Part shown: positions 51,301 through 64,000 of the stretch, in pieces
Layout of the letters: every line of letters starts with the position of its first letter
Numbering within the stretch: position 1 is the stretch's first letter
Source of the DNA: Leptogorgia sarmentosa
Lineage: Eukaryota
Reading direction: 5' to 3'
Assembly: GCA_964658305.1 (NCBI GenBank)
Contig: OZ210884.1
Span: forward strand, 8,308,001-8,372,000
Length of the DNA: 64,000 nucleotides
Position numbers and translations under genes: made by a program
Notes under the pieces: model-generated
The model's input: the letters and a program-made list of their open reading frames with translations, nothing else
What the model was told of the DNA's origin: nothing
Database searches by the model: none

Positions 51301-54300
51301 CCTAACCGCAACCTTTCCAGCCTAACCCCAGCGTTTTCCAGCCTAACCGCAACCTTTCCAGCCTAACCCCAGCCTTTTCCTGCCAAACCGCAACCTTTCC
51401 AGCCTAACCCCAGCCTTTTCCAGCCTAACCGCAACCTTTCCAGCCTAACCGCAACCTTTCCAACCTAACACCAGCCTTTTCCAGCCTAACCCCAGCCTTT
51501 TCCAGCCTAACCGCAGCCTTTTCCTGCCTAACCGCAACCTTTCCAGCCTAACCCCACCCTTTTCCTGCCTAACCGCAACCTTTCCAGCCTTACCCCACCC
51601 TTTTCCTGCCTAACCGCAACCTTTCCAGCCTAACCGCAGCCTTTTCCTGCCTGACCGAAACCTTTCCAGCCTAACCCCAGCCTTTTCCAGCCTAACCGCA
51701 ACCTTTCCAGCCTAACCCCACCCTTTTCCAGGCTAACCGCAACCTTTCCAGCCTAACCCAGCCTTTTCCAGCCTAACCGCAACCTTTCCAGCCTAACCCC
51801 AGCCTTTTCCTGCCTAACCGCAACCTTTCCAGCCTAACCACAGCCTTTTCTAGCATAACCGCAACCTTTCCAGCCTAACCCCAGCCTTTTCCAGCCTAAC
51901 CGCAACCTTTCCAGCCTAACCCCGGCCTTTTCCAGCCTAACCGCAATCTTTCCAGCCTAACCCCAGCCTTTTCCAGCATAACCGCAACCTTTCCAGCCTA
52001 ACCACAGCCTTTTTCCGGCTAACCGCAACCTTTCCAGCCTAACCCCAGCCTTTTCCAGCCTAACCGCAACCTTTCCAGCCTAACCCCAGCCTTTTCCTGC
52101 CTAACCGCAACCTTTCCAGCCTAACCCCAGCCTTTTCCAGCCTAACCGCAACCTTTTCAGCCTAACCCCAGCCTTTTCCAGCCTAACCGCAACCTTTTCA
52201 GCCTAACCCCAGCGTTTTCCAGCCTAACCGCAAACTTTCCAGCCTAACCGCAACCTTTCCAGCCTAACCGCAACCTTTCCAGCCTAAGCGCAACCTTTCC
52301 AGCCTAACCGCAACCTTTCCAGCCTAACCGCAACCTTTCCTGCCTAACTCCACCCTTTTCCTGCCTAACCGCAACCTTTCCAGCCTAACCCCACCCTTTT
52401 CCTGCCTAACCCCACCCTTTTCCTGCCTAACCGCAACCTTTCCAGCCTAACCGCAACCTTTCCAGCCTAACCGCAACCTTTTCTGCCTAACTCCACCCTT
52501 TTCCTGCCTAACCGCAACCTTTCCAGCCTAACCCCAGCCTTTTCCTGCCAAACCGCAACCTTCCCAGCCTAACCCCGGCCTTTTCCAGCCTAACCGCAAC
52601 CTTTCCAGCCTAACCGCAACCTTTCCAGCCTAACCCCAGCCTTTTCCAGCCTAACCCCAGCCTTTTCCAGCCTAAACGCAGCCTTTTCCTGCCTAACCGC
52701 AACCTTTCCAGCCTAACCCCACCCTTTTCCTGCCTAACCGCAACCTTTCCAGCCTAACCGCAGCCTTTTCCTGCCTGACCGAAACCTTTCCAGCCTAACC
52801 CCAGCCTTTTCCAGCCTAACCGCAACCTTTCCAGCCTAACCCCACCCTTTTCCAGGCTAACCGCAACCTTTCCAGCCTAACCCCAGCCTTTTACAGCCTA
52901 ACCGCAACCTTTCCAGCCTAACCCCAGCCTTTTCCTGCCTAACCGCAACCTTTCCAGCCTAACCCCAGCCTTTTCCAGCCTAACCGCAACCTTTCCAGCC
53001 TAACCCCACCCTTTTCCTGCCTGACCGCAACCTTTCCGGCCTAACCGCAGCCTTTTGCTGCCTAACCGCAACCTTTCCAGCCTAACCCCAGCCGTTTCCT
53101 GCCTAACCGCAACCTTTCCAGCTTAACCCCAGCCTTTTCGTGCCTAACCGCAACCTTTCCTGCCTAACCCCACCCTTTTCCTGCCTAACCGCAACCTTTC
53201 CAGCCTAACCCCAGCCTTTTCCTGCCTAACCGCAACCTTTCCAGCCTAACCCCAGCCTTTTCCAGCCTAACCGCAACCTTTCCAGCCTAACCCCACCCTA
53301 TTCCAGCCTAACCGCAACCTTTCCAGCCTAACCCCAGCCTTTTCCAGCCTAACCGCAGCCTTTTCCTGCCTAACCGCAACCTTTCCAGCCTAACCCCAGC
53401 CGTTTCCTGCATAACCGCAACCTTTCCAGCCTAACCCCAGCCTTTTCGTGCCTAACCGCAACCTTTCCTGCCTAACCCCACCCTTTTCCTGCCTAACCGC
53501 AACCTTTCCAGCCTAACCCCAGCCTTTTCCTGCCTAACCGCAACCTTTCCAGCCTAACCCCAGCCTTTTCCAGCCTAACCGCAACCTTTCCAGCCTAACC
53601 CCACCCTTTTCCAGCCTAACCGCAACCTTGCCAGCCTAACCCCAGCCTTTTCCAGCCTAACCGCAATCTTTTCAGCCTAACCCCAGCGTTTTCCAGCCTA
53701 ACCGCAAACTTTCCAGCCTAACCGCAACCCTTCCAGCCTAACCGCAACCTTTCCAGCCTAACTGCAACCTTTCCAGCCTAACCGCAACCTTTCCAGCCAA
53801 ACCGCAACCTTTCCTGCCTAACCCCACCCTTTTCCTGCCTAACCGCAACCTTTCCAGCCTAAACCCACCCTTTTCCTGCCTAACCCCACCCTTTTCCTGC
53901 CTAACCGCAACCTTTCCAGCCTAACCCCAGCCTTTTCCTGCCTAACCGCAACCTTTCCAGCCTAACCCCAGCCTTTTCCAGCCTAACCGCAACCTTTCCA
54001 GCCTAACCCCACCCTATTCCAGCCTAACCGCAACCTTTCCAGCCTAACCCCAGCCTTTTCCAGCCTAACCGCAGCCTTTTCCTGCCTAACCGCAACCTTT
54101 CCAGCCTAACCCCAGCCGTTTCCTGCATAACCGCAACCTTTCCAGCCTAACCCCAGCCTTTTCGTGCCTAACCGCAACCTTTCCTGCCTAACCCCACCCT
54201 TTTCCTGCCTAACCGCAACCTTTCCAGCCTAACCCCAGCCTTTTCCTGCCTAACCGCAACCTTTCCAGCCTAACCCCAGCCTTTTCCAGCCTAACCGCAA

Positions 54301-57300
54301 CCTTTCCAGCCTAACCCCACCCTTTTCCAGCCTAACCGCAACCTTGCCAGCCTAACCCCAGCCTTTTCCAGCCTAACCGCAATCTTTTCAGCCTAACCCC
54401 AGCGTTTTCCAGCCTAACCGCAAACTTTCCAGCCTAACCGCAACCCTTCCAGCCTAACCGCAACCTTTCCAGCCTAACCGCAACCTTTCCAGCCTAACCG
54501 CAACCTTTCCAGCCAAACCGCAACCTTTCCTGCCTAACCCCACCCTTTTCCTGCCTAACCGCAACCTTTCCAGCCTAAACCCACCCTTTTCCTGCCTAAC
54601 CCCACCCTTTTCCTGCCTAACCGCAACCTTTCCAGCCTAACCCCAGCCTTTTCCAGCCTAACCGCAACCTTTTCAGCCTAACCCCAGCGTTTTCCAGCCT
54701 AACCGCAACCTTTCCAGCCTAACCGCAACCTTTCCAGCCTAACCCCAGCGTTTTCAGCCTAACCGCAACCTTTCCAGCCTAACCCCAGCCTTTTCGTGCC
54801 TAACCGCAACCTTTCCTGCCTAACCCCACCCTTTTCCTGCTTAACCGCAACCTTTCCAGCCTAACCCCAGCCTTTTCCTGCCTAACCGCAACCTTTCCAG
54901 CCTAACCCCAGCCTTTTCCAGCCTAACCGCAACCTTTCCAGCCTAACCCCACCCTTTTCCAGCCTAACCGCAATCTTTTCCGCCTAACCCCAGCGTTTTC
55001 CAGCCTAACCGCAAACTTTCCAGCCTAACCGCAACCTTTCCAGCCTAACGGCAACCTTTCCAGCCTAACCGCAACCTTTCCAGCCTAACCGCAACCTTTC
55101 CAGCCTAACCGCAACCTTTCCTGCCTAACCCCACCCTTTTCCTGCCTAACCGCAACCTTTCCAGCATAAACCCACCCTTTTCCTGCCTAACCCCACCCTT
55201 TTCCAGCCTAACCGCAACCTTTCCAGCCTAACCCCAGCGTTTTCCAGCCTAACCGCAACCTTTCCAGCCTAACCCCAGCCTTTTCCTGCCAAACCGCAAC
55301 CTTTCCAGCCTAACCCCAGCTTTTCCAGCCTAACCGCAACCTTTCCAGCCTAACCGCAATCTTTCCAACCTAACCCCAGCCTTTTCCAGCCTAACCCCAG
55401 CCTTTTCCAGCCTAACCGCAGCCTTTTCCTGCCTAACCGCAACCTTTCCAGCCTAACCCCACCCTTTTCCTGCCTAACCGCAACCTTTCCAGCCTTACCC
55501 CACCCTTTTCCTGCCTAACCGCAACCTTTCCAGCCTAACCGCAGCCTTTTCCTGCCTGACCGAAACCTTTCCAGCCTAACCCCAGCCTTTTCCAGCCTAA
55601 CCGCAACCTTTCCAGCCTAACCCCACCCTTTTCCAGGCTAACCGCAACCTTTCCAGCCTAACCCCAGCCTTTTCCAGCCTAACCGCAACCTTTCCAGCCT
55701 AACCCCAGCCTTTTCCTGCCTAACCGCAACCTTTCCAGCCTAACCCCAGCCTTTTCCAGCCTAACCGCAACCTTTCCAGCCTAACCCCACCCTTTTCCTG
55801 CCTAACCGCAACCTTTCCAGCCTAACCGCAGCCTTTTGCTGCCTAACCGCAACCTTTCCAGCCTAACCCCAGCCGTTTCCTGCCTAACCGCAACCTTTCC
55901 AGCCTAACCCCAGCCTTTTCGTGCCTAACCGCAACCTTTCCTGCTTAACCCCACCCTTTTCCCGCCTAACCGCAACCTTTCCAGCCTAACCCCAGCCTTT
56001 TCCTGCCTAACCGCAACCTTTCCAGCCTAACCCCAGCCTTTTCCACCCTAACCGCAACCTTTCCAGCCTAACCCCACCCTATTCCAGCCTAACTGCAACC
56101 TTTCCAGCCTAACCTCAGCCTTTTCCAGCCTAACCGCAGCCTTTTCCTGCCTAACCGCAACCTTTCCAGCCTAACCCCAGCCGTTTCCTGCCTAACCGCA
56201 ACCTTTCCAGCCTAACCCCAGCCTTTTCGTGCCTAACCGCAACCTTTCCTGCCTAACCCCACCCTTTTCCTGCCTAACCGCAACCTTTCCAGCCTAACCC
56301 CAGCCTTTTCCTGCCTAACCGCAACCTTTCCAGCCTAACCCCAGCCTTTTCCAGCCTAACCGCAACCTTTCCAGCCTCACCACAGCATTTTCCAGCCTAA
56401 CCGCAACCTTTCCAGCCTAACCGCAACCTTTCCAGCCTAACCGCAACCTTTCCAGCCTAACCCCAGCGTTTTCCAGCCTAACCGCAACCTTTCCAGCCTA
56501 ACCCCAGCCTTTTCCTGCCTAACCGCAACCTTTCCAGCCTAACCGCAACCTTTTCCAGCCTAACCGCAACCTTTCCAGCCTAACCGCAACCTTTCCAGCC
56601 TAACCCCAGCCTTTTCCAGCCTAACCCCAGCCTTTTCCAGCCTAACCGCAGCCTTTTCCTGCCTAACCGCAACCTTTCCAGCCTAACCCCACCCTTTTCC
56701 TGCCTAACCGCAACCTTTCCAGCCTAACCCCACCCTTTTCCTGCCTAACCGCAACCTTTCCAGCCTAACCGCAGCCTTTTCCTGCCTGACCGAAACCTTT
56801 CCAGCCTAACCCCAGCCTTTTCCAGGCTAACCGCAACCTTTCCAGCCTAACCCCAGCGTTTTCCAGCCTAACCGCAACCTTTCCAGCCTAACCCCAGCCT
56901 TTTCCAGCCTAACCGCAACCTTTCCAGCCTAACCCCACCTTTTTCCTGCCTAACCGCAACCTTTCCAGCCTAACCCCAGCCTTTTCCAGCCTAACCGCAA
57001 CCTTTCCAGCCTAACCCCACCCTTTTCCTGCCTAACCGCAACCTTTCCAGCCAAACCGCAGCCTTTTGCTGCCTAACCGCAACCTTTCCAGCCTAACCCC
57101 AGCCGTTTCCTGCCTAACCGCAACCTTTCCAGCCTAACCCCAGCCTTTTCGTGCCTAATCGCAACCTTTCCTGCCTAACCCCACCCTTTTCCTGCCTAAC
57201 CGCAACCTTTCCAGCCTAACCCCAGCCTTTTCCTGCCTAACCGCAACCTTTCCAGCCTAACCCCAGCCTTTTCCAGCCTAACCGCAACCTTTCCAGCCTA

Positions 57301-60300
57301 ACACCACCCTATTCCAGCCTAACCGCAACCTTTCCAGCCTAACCCCAGCCTTTTCCAGCCTAAACGCAACCTTTTCCTGCCTAACCGCAACCTTTCCAGC
57401 CTAACCCCAGCCGTTTCCTGCCTAACCGCAACCTTTCCAGCCTAACCGCAGCCTTTTCGTGCCTAAACGCAACCTTTCCAGCCTAAACCCACCCTTTTCC
57501 AGCCTAACCGCAACCTTGCCAGCCTAACCCCAGCCTTTTCCAGCCTAACCGCAACCTTTCCAGCCTAACCCCACCCTTTTCCTGCCTAACCGCAACCTTT
57601 CCAGCCTAACCCCAGCCTTTTCTTGCCTAACCGCAACCTTTCCAGCCTAACCCCACCCTTTTCCTGCCTAACCGCAACCTTTCCAGCCTAACCCGAGCCT
57701 TTTCCTGCCTAACCCCACCCTTTTCTTGCCTAACCGCAACCTTTCCAGCCTAACCCCAGCCTTTTCCTGCCTAACCGCAACCTTTCCAGCCTCACCACAG
57801 CATTTTCCAGCCTAACCGAAACCTTTCCAGCCTAACCGCAACCTTTCCAGCCTAACCCCAGCCTTTTCCAGCCTAACCGCAACCTTTCCAGCCTAACCCC
57901 ACCCTTTTCCTGCCTAACCGCAACCTTTCCAGCCTAACTCCAGCCTTTTCCTGCCTAACCGCAACCTTTCCAGCCTAACCCCAGCCTTTTCCTGCCTAAC
58001 CGCAACCTTTCCAGCCTAACCCCAGCCTTTTCCAGCCTAACCGCAACCTTTCCAGCCTAACCCCACCCTTTTCCTGCCTAACCGCAACCTTTCCAGCCTA
58101 ACCGCAGCCTTTTGCTGCCTAACCGCAACCTTTCCAGCCTAACCCCAGCCGTTTCCTGCCTAACTTCAACCTTTCCAGCCTAACCCCAGCCTTTTCGTGC
58201 CTAACCGCAACCTTTCCTGCCTAACCCCACCCTTTTCCTGCCTAACCGCAACCTTTCCAGCCTAACCCCAGCCTTTTCCTGCCTAACCGCAACCTTTCCA
58301 GCCTAACCCCAGCCTTTTCCAGCCTAACCGCAACCTTTCCAGCCTAACCCCACCCTATTCCAGCCTAACCGCAACCTTTCCAGCCTAACCCCAGCCTTTT
58401 CCAGCCTAACCGCAGCCTTTTCCTGCCTAACCGCAACCTTTCCAGCCTAACCCCAGCCGTTTCCTGCCTAACCGCAACCTTTCCAGCCTAACCCCAGCCT
58501 TTTCGTGCCTAACCGCAACCTTTCCTGCCTAACCCCACCCTTTTCCTGCCTAACCGCAACCTTTCCAGCCTAACCCCAGCCTTTTCCTGCCTAACCGCAA
58601 CCTTTCCAGCCTAACCCCAGCCTTTTCCAGCCTAACCGCAACCTTTCCAGCCTAACCCCACCCTTTTCCAGCCTAACCGCAACCTTGCCAGCCTAACCCC
58701 AGCCTTTTCCAGCCTAACCGCAACCTTTCCAGCCTAACCCCACCCTTTTCCTGCCTAACCGCAACCTTTCCAGCCTAACCCCAGCCTTTTCTTGCCTAAC
58801 CGCAACCTTTCCAGCCTAACCCCACCCTTTTCCTGCCTAACCGCAACCTTTCCAGCCTCGCCACAGCATTTTCCAGCCTAACCGCAACCTTTCCAGCCTA
58901 ACCGCAACCTTTCCAGCCTAACCCCAGCGTTTTCCAGCCTAACCGCAACCTTTCCAGCCTAACCCCAGCCTTTTCCTGCCTAACCGCAACCTTTCCAGCC
59001 TAACCGCAACCTTTTCCAGCCTAACCCCAGCCTTTTCCAGCCTAACCGCAGCCTTTTCCTGCCTAACCGCAACCTTTCCAGCCTAACCCCACCCTTTTCC
59101 TGCCTAACCGCAACCTTTCCAGCCTAACCCCACCCTTTTCCTGCCTAACCGCAACCTTTCCAGCCTAACCGCAGCCTTTTCCTGCCTGACCGAAACCTTT
59201 CCAGCCCAACCCCAGCCTTTTCCAGCCTAACCGCAACCTTTCCAGCCTAAGCCCACCCTTTTCCAGCCTAACCGCAACCTTTCCAGCCTAACCCCACCCT
59301 TTTCCATCCTAACCGCAACCTTTCCAGCCTAACCCCAGCCTTTTCCAGCCTAACCGCAACCTTTCCTGCCTAACCCCACCCTTTTCCTGCCTAACCGCAA
59401 CCTTTCCAGCCTAACCCCAGCCTTTTCCTGCCTAACCGCAACCTTTCCAGCCTAACCCCAGCCTTTTCCAGCCTAACCGCAACCTTTCCAGCCTCACCAC
59501 AGCATTTTCCAGCCTAACCGCAACCTTTCCAGCCTAACCGCAACCTTTCCAGCCTAACCGCAACCTTTCCAGCCTAACCCCAGCGTTTTCCAGCCTAACC
59601 GCAACCTTTCCAGCCTAACCCCAGCCTTTTCCTGCCTAACCGCAACCTTTCCAGCCTAACCGCAACCTTTTCCAGCCTAACCGCAACCTTTCCAGCCTAA
59701 CCGCAACCTTTCCAGCCTAACCCCAGCCTTTTCCAGCCTAACCCCAGCCTTTTCCAGCCTAACCGCAGCCTTTTCCTGCCTAACCGCAACCTTTCCAGCC
59801 TAACCCCACCCTTTTCCTGCCTAACCGCAACCTTTCCAGCCTAACCCCACCCTTTTCCTGCCTAACCGCAACCTTTCCAGCCTAACCGCAGCCTTTTCCT
59901 GCCTGACCGAAACCTTTCCAGCCTAACCCCAGCCTTTTCCAGGCTAACCGCAACCTTTCCAGCCTAACCCCAGCGTTTTCCAGCCTAACCGCAACCTTTC
60001 CAGCCTAACCCCAGCCTTTTCCAGCCTAACCGCAACCTTTCCAGCCTAACCCCACCTTTTTCCTGCCTAACCGCAACCTTTCCAGCCTAACCCCAGCCTT
60101 TTCCAGCCTAACCGCAACCTTTCCAGCCTAACCCCACCCTTTTCCTGCCTAACCGCAACCTTTCCAGCCAAACCGCAGCCTTTTGCTGCCTAACCGCAAC
60201 CTTTCCAGCCTAACCCCAGCCGTTTCCTGCCTAACCGCAACCTTTCCAGCCTAACCCCAGCCTTTTCGTGCCTAATCGCAACCTTTCCTGCCTAACCCCA

Positions 60301-63300
60301 CCCTTTTCCTGCCTAACCGCAACCTTTCCAGCCTAACCCCAGCCTTTTCCTGCCTAACCGCAACCTTTCCAGCCTAACCCCAGCCTTTTCCAGCCTAACC
60401 GCAACCTTTCCAGCCTAACACCACCCTATTCCAGCCTAACCGCAACCTTTCCAGCCTAACCCCAGCCTTTTCCAGCCTAAACGCAACCTTTTCCTGCCTA
60501 ACCGCAACCTTTCCAGCCTAACCCCAGCCGTTTCCTGCCTAACCGCAACCTTTCCAGCCTAACCGCAGCCTTTTCGTGCCTAAACGCAACCTTTCCAGCC
60601 TAAACCCACCCTTTTCCAGCCTAACCGCAACCTTGCCAGCCTAACCCCAGCCTTTTCCAGCCTAACCGCAACCTTTCCAGCCTAACCCCACCCTTTTCCT
60701 GCCTAACCGCAACCTTTCCAGCCTAACCCCAGCCTTTTCTTGCCTAACCGCAACCTTTCCAGCCTAACCCCACCCTTTTCCTGCCTAACCGCAACCTTTC
60801 CAGCCTAACCCGAGCCTTTTCCTGCCTAACCCCACCCTTTTCTTGCCTAACCGCAACCTTTCCAGCCTAACCCCAGCCTTTTCCTGCCTAACCGCAACCT
60901 TTCCAGCCTCACCACAGCATTTTCCAGCCTAACCGAAACCTTTCCAGCCTAACCGCAACCTTTCCAGCCTAACCCCAGCCTTTTCCAGCCTAACCGCAAC
61001 CTTTCCAGCCTAACCCCACCCTTTTCCTGCCTAACCGCAACCTTTCCAGCCTAACTCCAGCCTTTTCCTGCCTAACCGCAACCTTTCCAGCCTAACCCCA
61101 GCCTTTTCCTGCCTAACCGCAACCTTTCCAGCCTAACCCCAGCCTTTTCCAGCCTAACCGCAACCTTTCCAGCCTAACCCCACCCTTTTCCTGCCTAACC
61201 GCAACCTTTCCAGCCTAACCGCAGCCTTTTGCTGCCTAACCGCAACCTTTCCAGCCTAACCCCAGCCGTTTCCTGCCTAACTTCAACCTTTCCAGCCTAA
61301 CCCCAGCCTTTTCGTGCCTAACCGCAACCTTTCCTGCCTAACCCCACCCTTTTCCTGCCTAACCGCAACCTTTCCAGCCTAACCCCAGCCTTTTCCTGCC
61401 TAACCGCAACCTTTCCAGCCTAACCCCAGCCTTTTCCAGCCTAACCGCAACCTTTCCAGCCTAACCCCACCCTATTCCAGCCTAACCGCAACCTTTCCAG
61501 CCTAACCCCAGCCTTTTCCAGCCTAACCGCAGCCTTTTCCTGCCTAACCGCAACCTTTCCAGCCTAACCCCAGCCGTTTCCTGCCTAACCGCAACCTTTC
61601 CAGCCTAACCCCAGCCTTTTCGTGCCTAACCGCAACCTTTCCTGCCTAACCCCACCCTTTTCCTGCCTAACCGCAACCTTTCCAGCCTAACCCCAGCCTT
61701 TTCCTGCCTAACCGCAACCTTTCCAGCCTAACCCCAGCCTTTTCCAGCCTAACCGCAACCTTTCCAGCCTAACCCCACCCTTTTCCAGCCTAACCGCAAC
61801 CTTGCCAGCCTAACCCCAGCCTTTTCCAGCCTAACCGCAACCTTTCCAGCCTAACCCCACCCTTTTCCTGCCTAACCGCAACCTTTCCAGCCTAACCCCA
61901 GCCTTTTCTTGCCTAACCGCAACCTTTCCAGCCTAACCCCACCCTTTTCCTGCCTAACCGCAACCTTTCCAGCCTCGCCACAGCATTTTCCAGCCTAACC
62001 GCAACCTTTCCAGCCTAACCGCAACCTTTCCAGCCTAACCCCAGCGTTTTCCAGCCTAACCGCAACCTTTCCAGCCTAACCCCAGCCTTTTCCTGCCTAA
62101 CCGCAACCTTTCCAGCCTAACCGCAACCTTTTCCAGCCTAACCCCAGCCTTTTCCAGCCTAACCGCAGCCTTTTCCTGCCTAACCGCAACCTTTCCAGCC
62201 TAACCCCACCCTTTTCCTGCCTAACCGCAACCTTTCCAGCCTAACCCCACCCTTTTCCTGCCTAACCGCAACCTTTCCAGCCTAACCGCAGCCTTTTCCT
62301 GCCTGACCGAAACCTTTCCAGCCCAACCCCAGCCTTTTCCAGCCTAACCGCAACCTTTCCAGCCTAAGCCCACCCTTTTCCAGCCTAACCGCAACCTTTC
62401 CAGCCTAACCCCACCCTTTTCCATCCTAACCGCAACCTTTCCAGCCTAACCCCAGCCTTTTCCAGCCTAACCGCAACCTTTCCAGCCTAACCCCACCCTT
62501 TTCCTGCCTAACCGCAACCTTTCCAGCCTAACCCCAGCCTTTTCGTGCCTAACCGCAACCTTTCCAGCCTAACCCCACCCTTTTCCTGCCTAACCGCAAC
62601 CTTTCCAGCCTAACCCCAGCCTTTTCCTGCCTAATCCCACCCTTTTCTTGCCCAATCGCAACCTTTCCAGCCTAACCGCAACCTTTTCCAGCCTAACCCC
62701 AGCCTTTTCCAGCCTAACCGCAGCCTTTTCCTGCCTAACCGCAACCTTTCCAGCCTAACCCCACCCTTTTCCTGCCTAACCGCAACCTTTCCAGCCTAAC
62801 CCCACCCTTTTCCTGCCTAACCGCAACCTTTCCAGCCTAACCCCACCCTTTTCCTGCCTAACCGCAACCTTTCCAGCCTAACCCCACCCTTTTCCTGCCT
62901 AACCGCAACCTTTCCAGCCTAACCGCAGCCTTTTCCTGCCTGACCGAAACCTTTCCAGCCCAACCCCAGCCTTTTCCAGCCTAACCGCAACCTTTCCAGC
63001 CTAACCCAGCCTTTTCCAGCCTAACCGCAACCTTTCCAGCCTAACCCCACCCTTTTCCAGCCTAACCGCAACCTTTCCAGCCTAACCCCAGCCTTTTCCA
63101 GCCTAACCGCAACCTTTCCAGCCTAACCCCACCCTTTTCCTGCCTAACCGCAACCTTTCCAGCCTAACCCCAGCCTTTTCTTGCCTAACCGCAACCTTTC
63201 CAGCCTAACCCCACCCTTTTCCTGCCTAACCGCAACCTTTCCAGCCTAACCCCAGCCTTTTCCTGCCTAATCCCACCCTTTTCTTGCCTAACCGCAACCT

Positions 63301-64000
63301 TTCCAGCCTAACCCCAGCCTTTTCCTGCCTAACCGCAACCTTTCCAGCCTAACACCAGCCTTTTCTAGCCTAACCGCAACCTTTTCCTGCCAAACCGCAA
63401 CCTTTCCAGCCTAACCCCAGCCTTTTCCAGCCTAACCGCAACCTTTCCAGCCTAACCCCACCCTATTCCAGCCTAACCGCAACCTTTCCAGCCTAACCCC
63501 AGCCTTTTCCAACCTAACCGCAGCCTTTTCCTGCCTAACCGCAACCTTTCCAGCCTAACCCCAGCCGTTTCCTGCCTAACCGCAACCTTTCCAGCCTAAC
63601 CCCAGCCTTTTCGTGCCTAAACGCAACCTTTCCTGCCTAACCCCACCCTTTTCCAGCCTAACCGCAACCTTTTCTTGCCTAACCGCAACCTTTCCAGCCT
63701 AACCCCAGCCTTTTCCTGCCTAACCGCAACCTTTCCAGCCTCACCACAGCATTTTCCAGCCTAACCGAAACCTTTCCAGCCTAACCGCAACCTTTCCAGC
63801 CTAACCGCAACCTTTCCAGCCTAACCCCAGCCTTTTCCAGCCTAACCGCAACCTTTCCAGCCTAACCCCAGCCTTTTCGTGCCTAACCGCAACCTTTCCT
63901 GCCTAACCCCACCCTTTTCCTGCCTAACCGCAACCTTTCCAGCCTAACCCCAGCCGTTTCCTGCCTAACCGCAACCTTTCCAGCCTAACCCCAGCCTTTT
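48371..64000. repeat. 20/21-bp satellite (CCTAACCGCAACCTTTCCAG / CCTAACCCCAGCCTTTTCCAG), mostly as a 41-bp dimer, with higher-order duplications
   Basis: Uninterrupted >15.6 kb to the window end with extreme C-strand bias. Rare variants recur at offsets of 3354, 716 and 3117 bp. Confidence 0.98.

Noticed and set aside
48371..64000. True telomere
   Set aside because: No tandem TTAGGG/CCCTAA hexamers; unit is 20/21 bp and strand polarity is opposite to a right-end telomere.

Overview
AT-rich, intron-containing animal genomic DNA. The gene content (ShKT domain, single-exon rhodopsin-type GPCR, tRNA-derived SINE, hairpin MITEs) suggests a cnidarian, possibly an octocoral; this is inference. 1-344 holds the probable last two exons of an unidentified gene. 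4.2-31.8 kb holds two tandem, paralogous + strand genes for secreted modular proteins built almost entirely from phase-1/phase-1 one-domain exons. Gene A (~647 aa) is signal peptide-FN2-FN2-EGFx6-FN2-FN2-EGF-C-type lectin (QPD). Gene B (~1812 aa) is signal peptide-FN2-FN2-EGFx27-FN2-FN2-EGFx2-seven FG-GAP/VCBS-like repeats (predicted 7-bladed propeller with bacterial-looking repeats)-ShKT. The two share a scaffold but carry different C-terminal heads and very different stalk lengths. Gene A contains one complete EGF exon, splice sites intact, lying on the opposite strand at the position of its gene-B counterpart, and the paralogs share a ~2.8 kb block that is nearly identical even in introns. 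These are followed by an 8-exon DHRS7-like SDR (- strand), an intronless GPCR flanked by direct repeats, a repeat-rich and possibly spliced non-coding stretch, a 2.4 kb CpG-rich satellite made of E2F-consensus words, and >15.6 kb of a 20/21-bp CCTAACC-containing satellite with kb-scale higher-order duplications running off the window end. Exon coordinates were read by eye from splice consensus and reading frame, with no transcript or database support.
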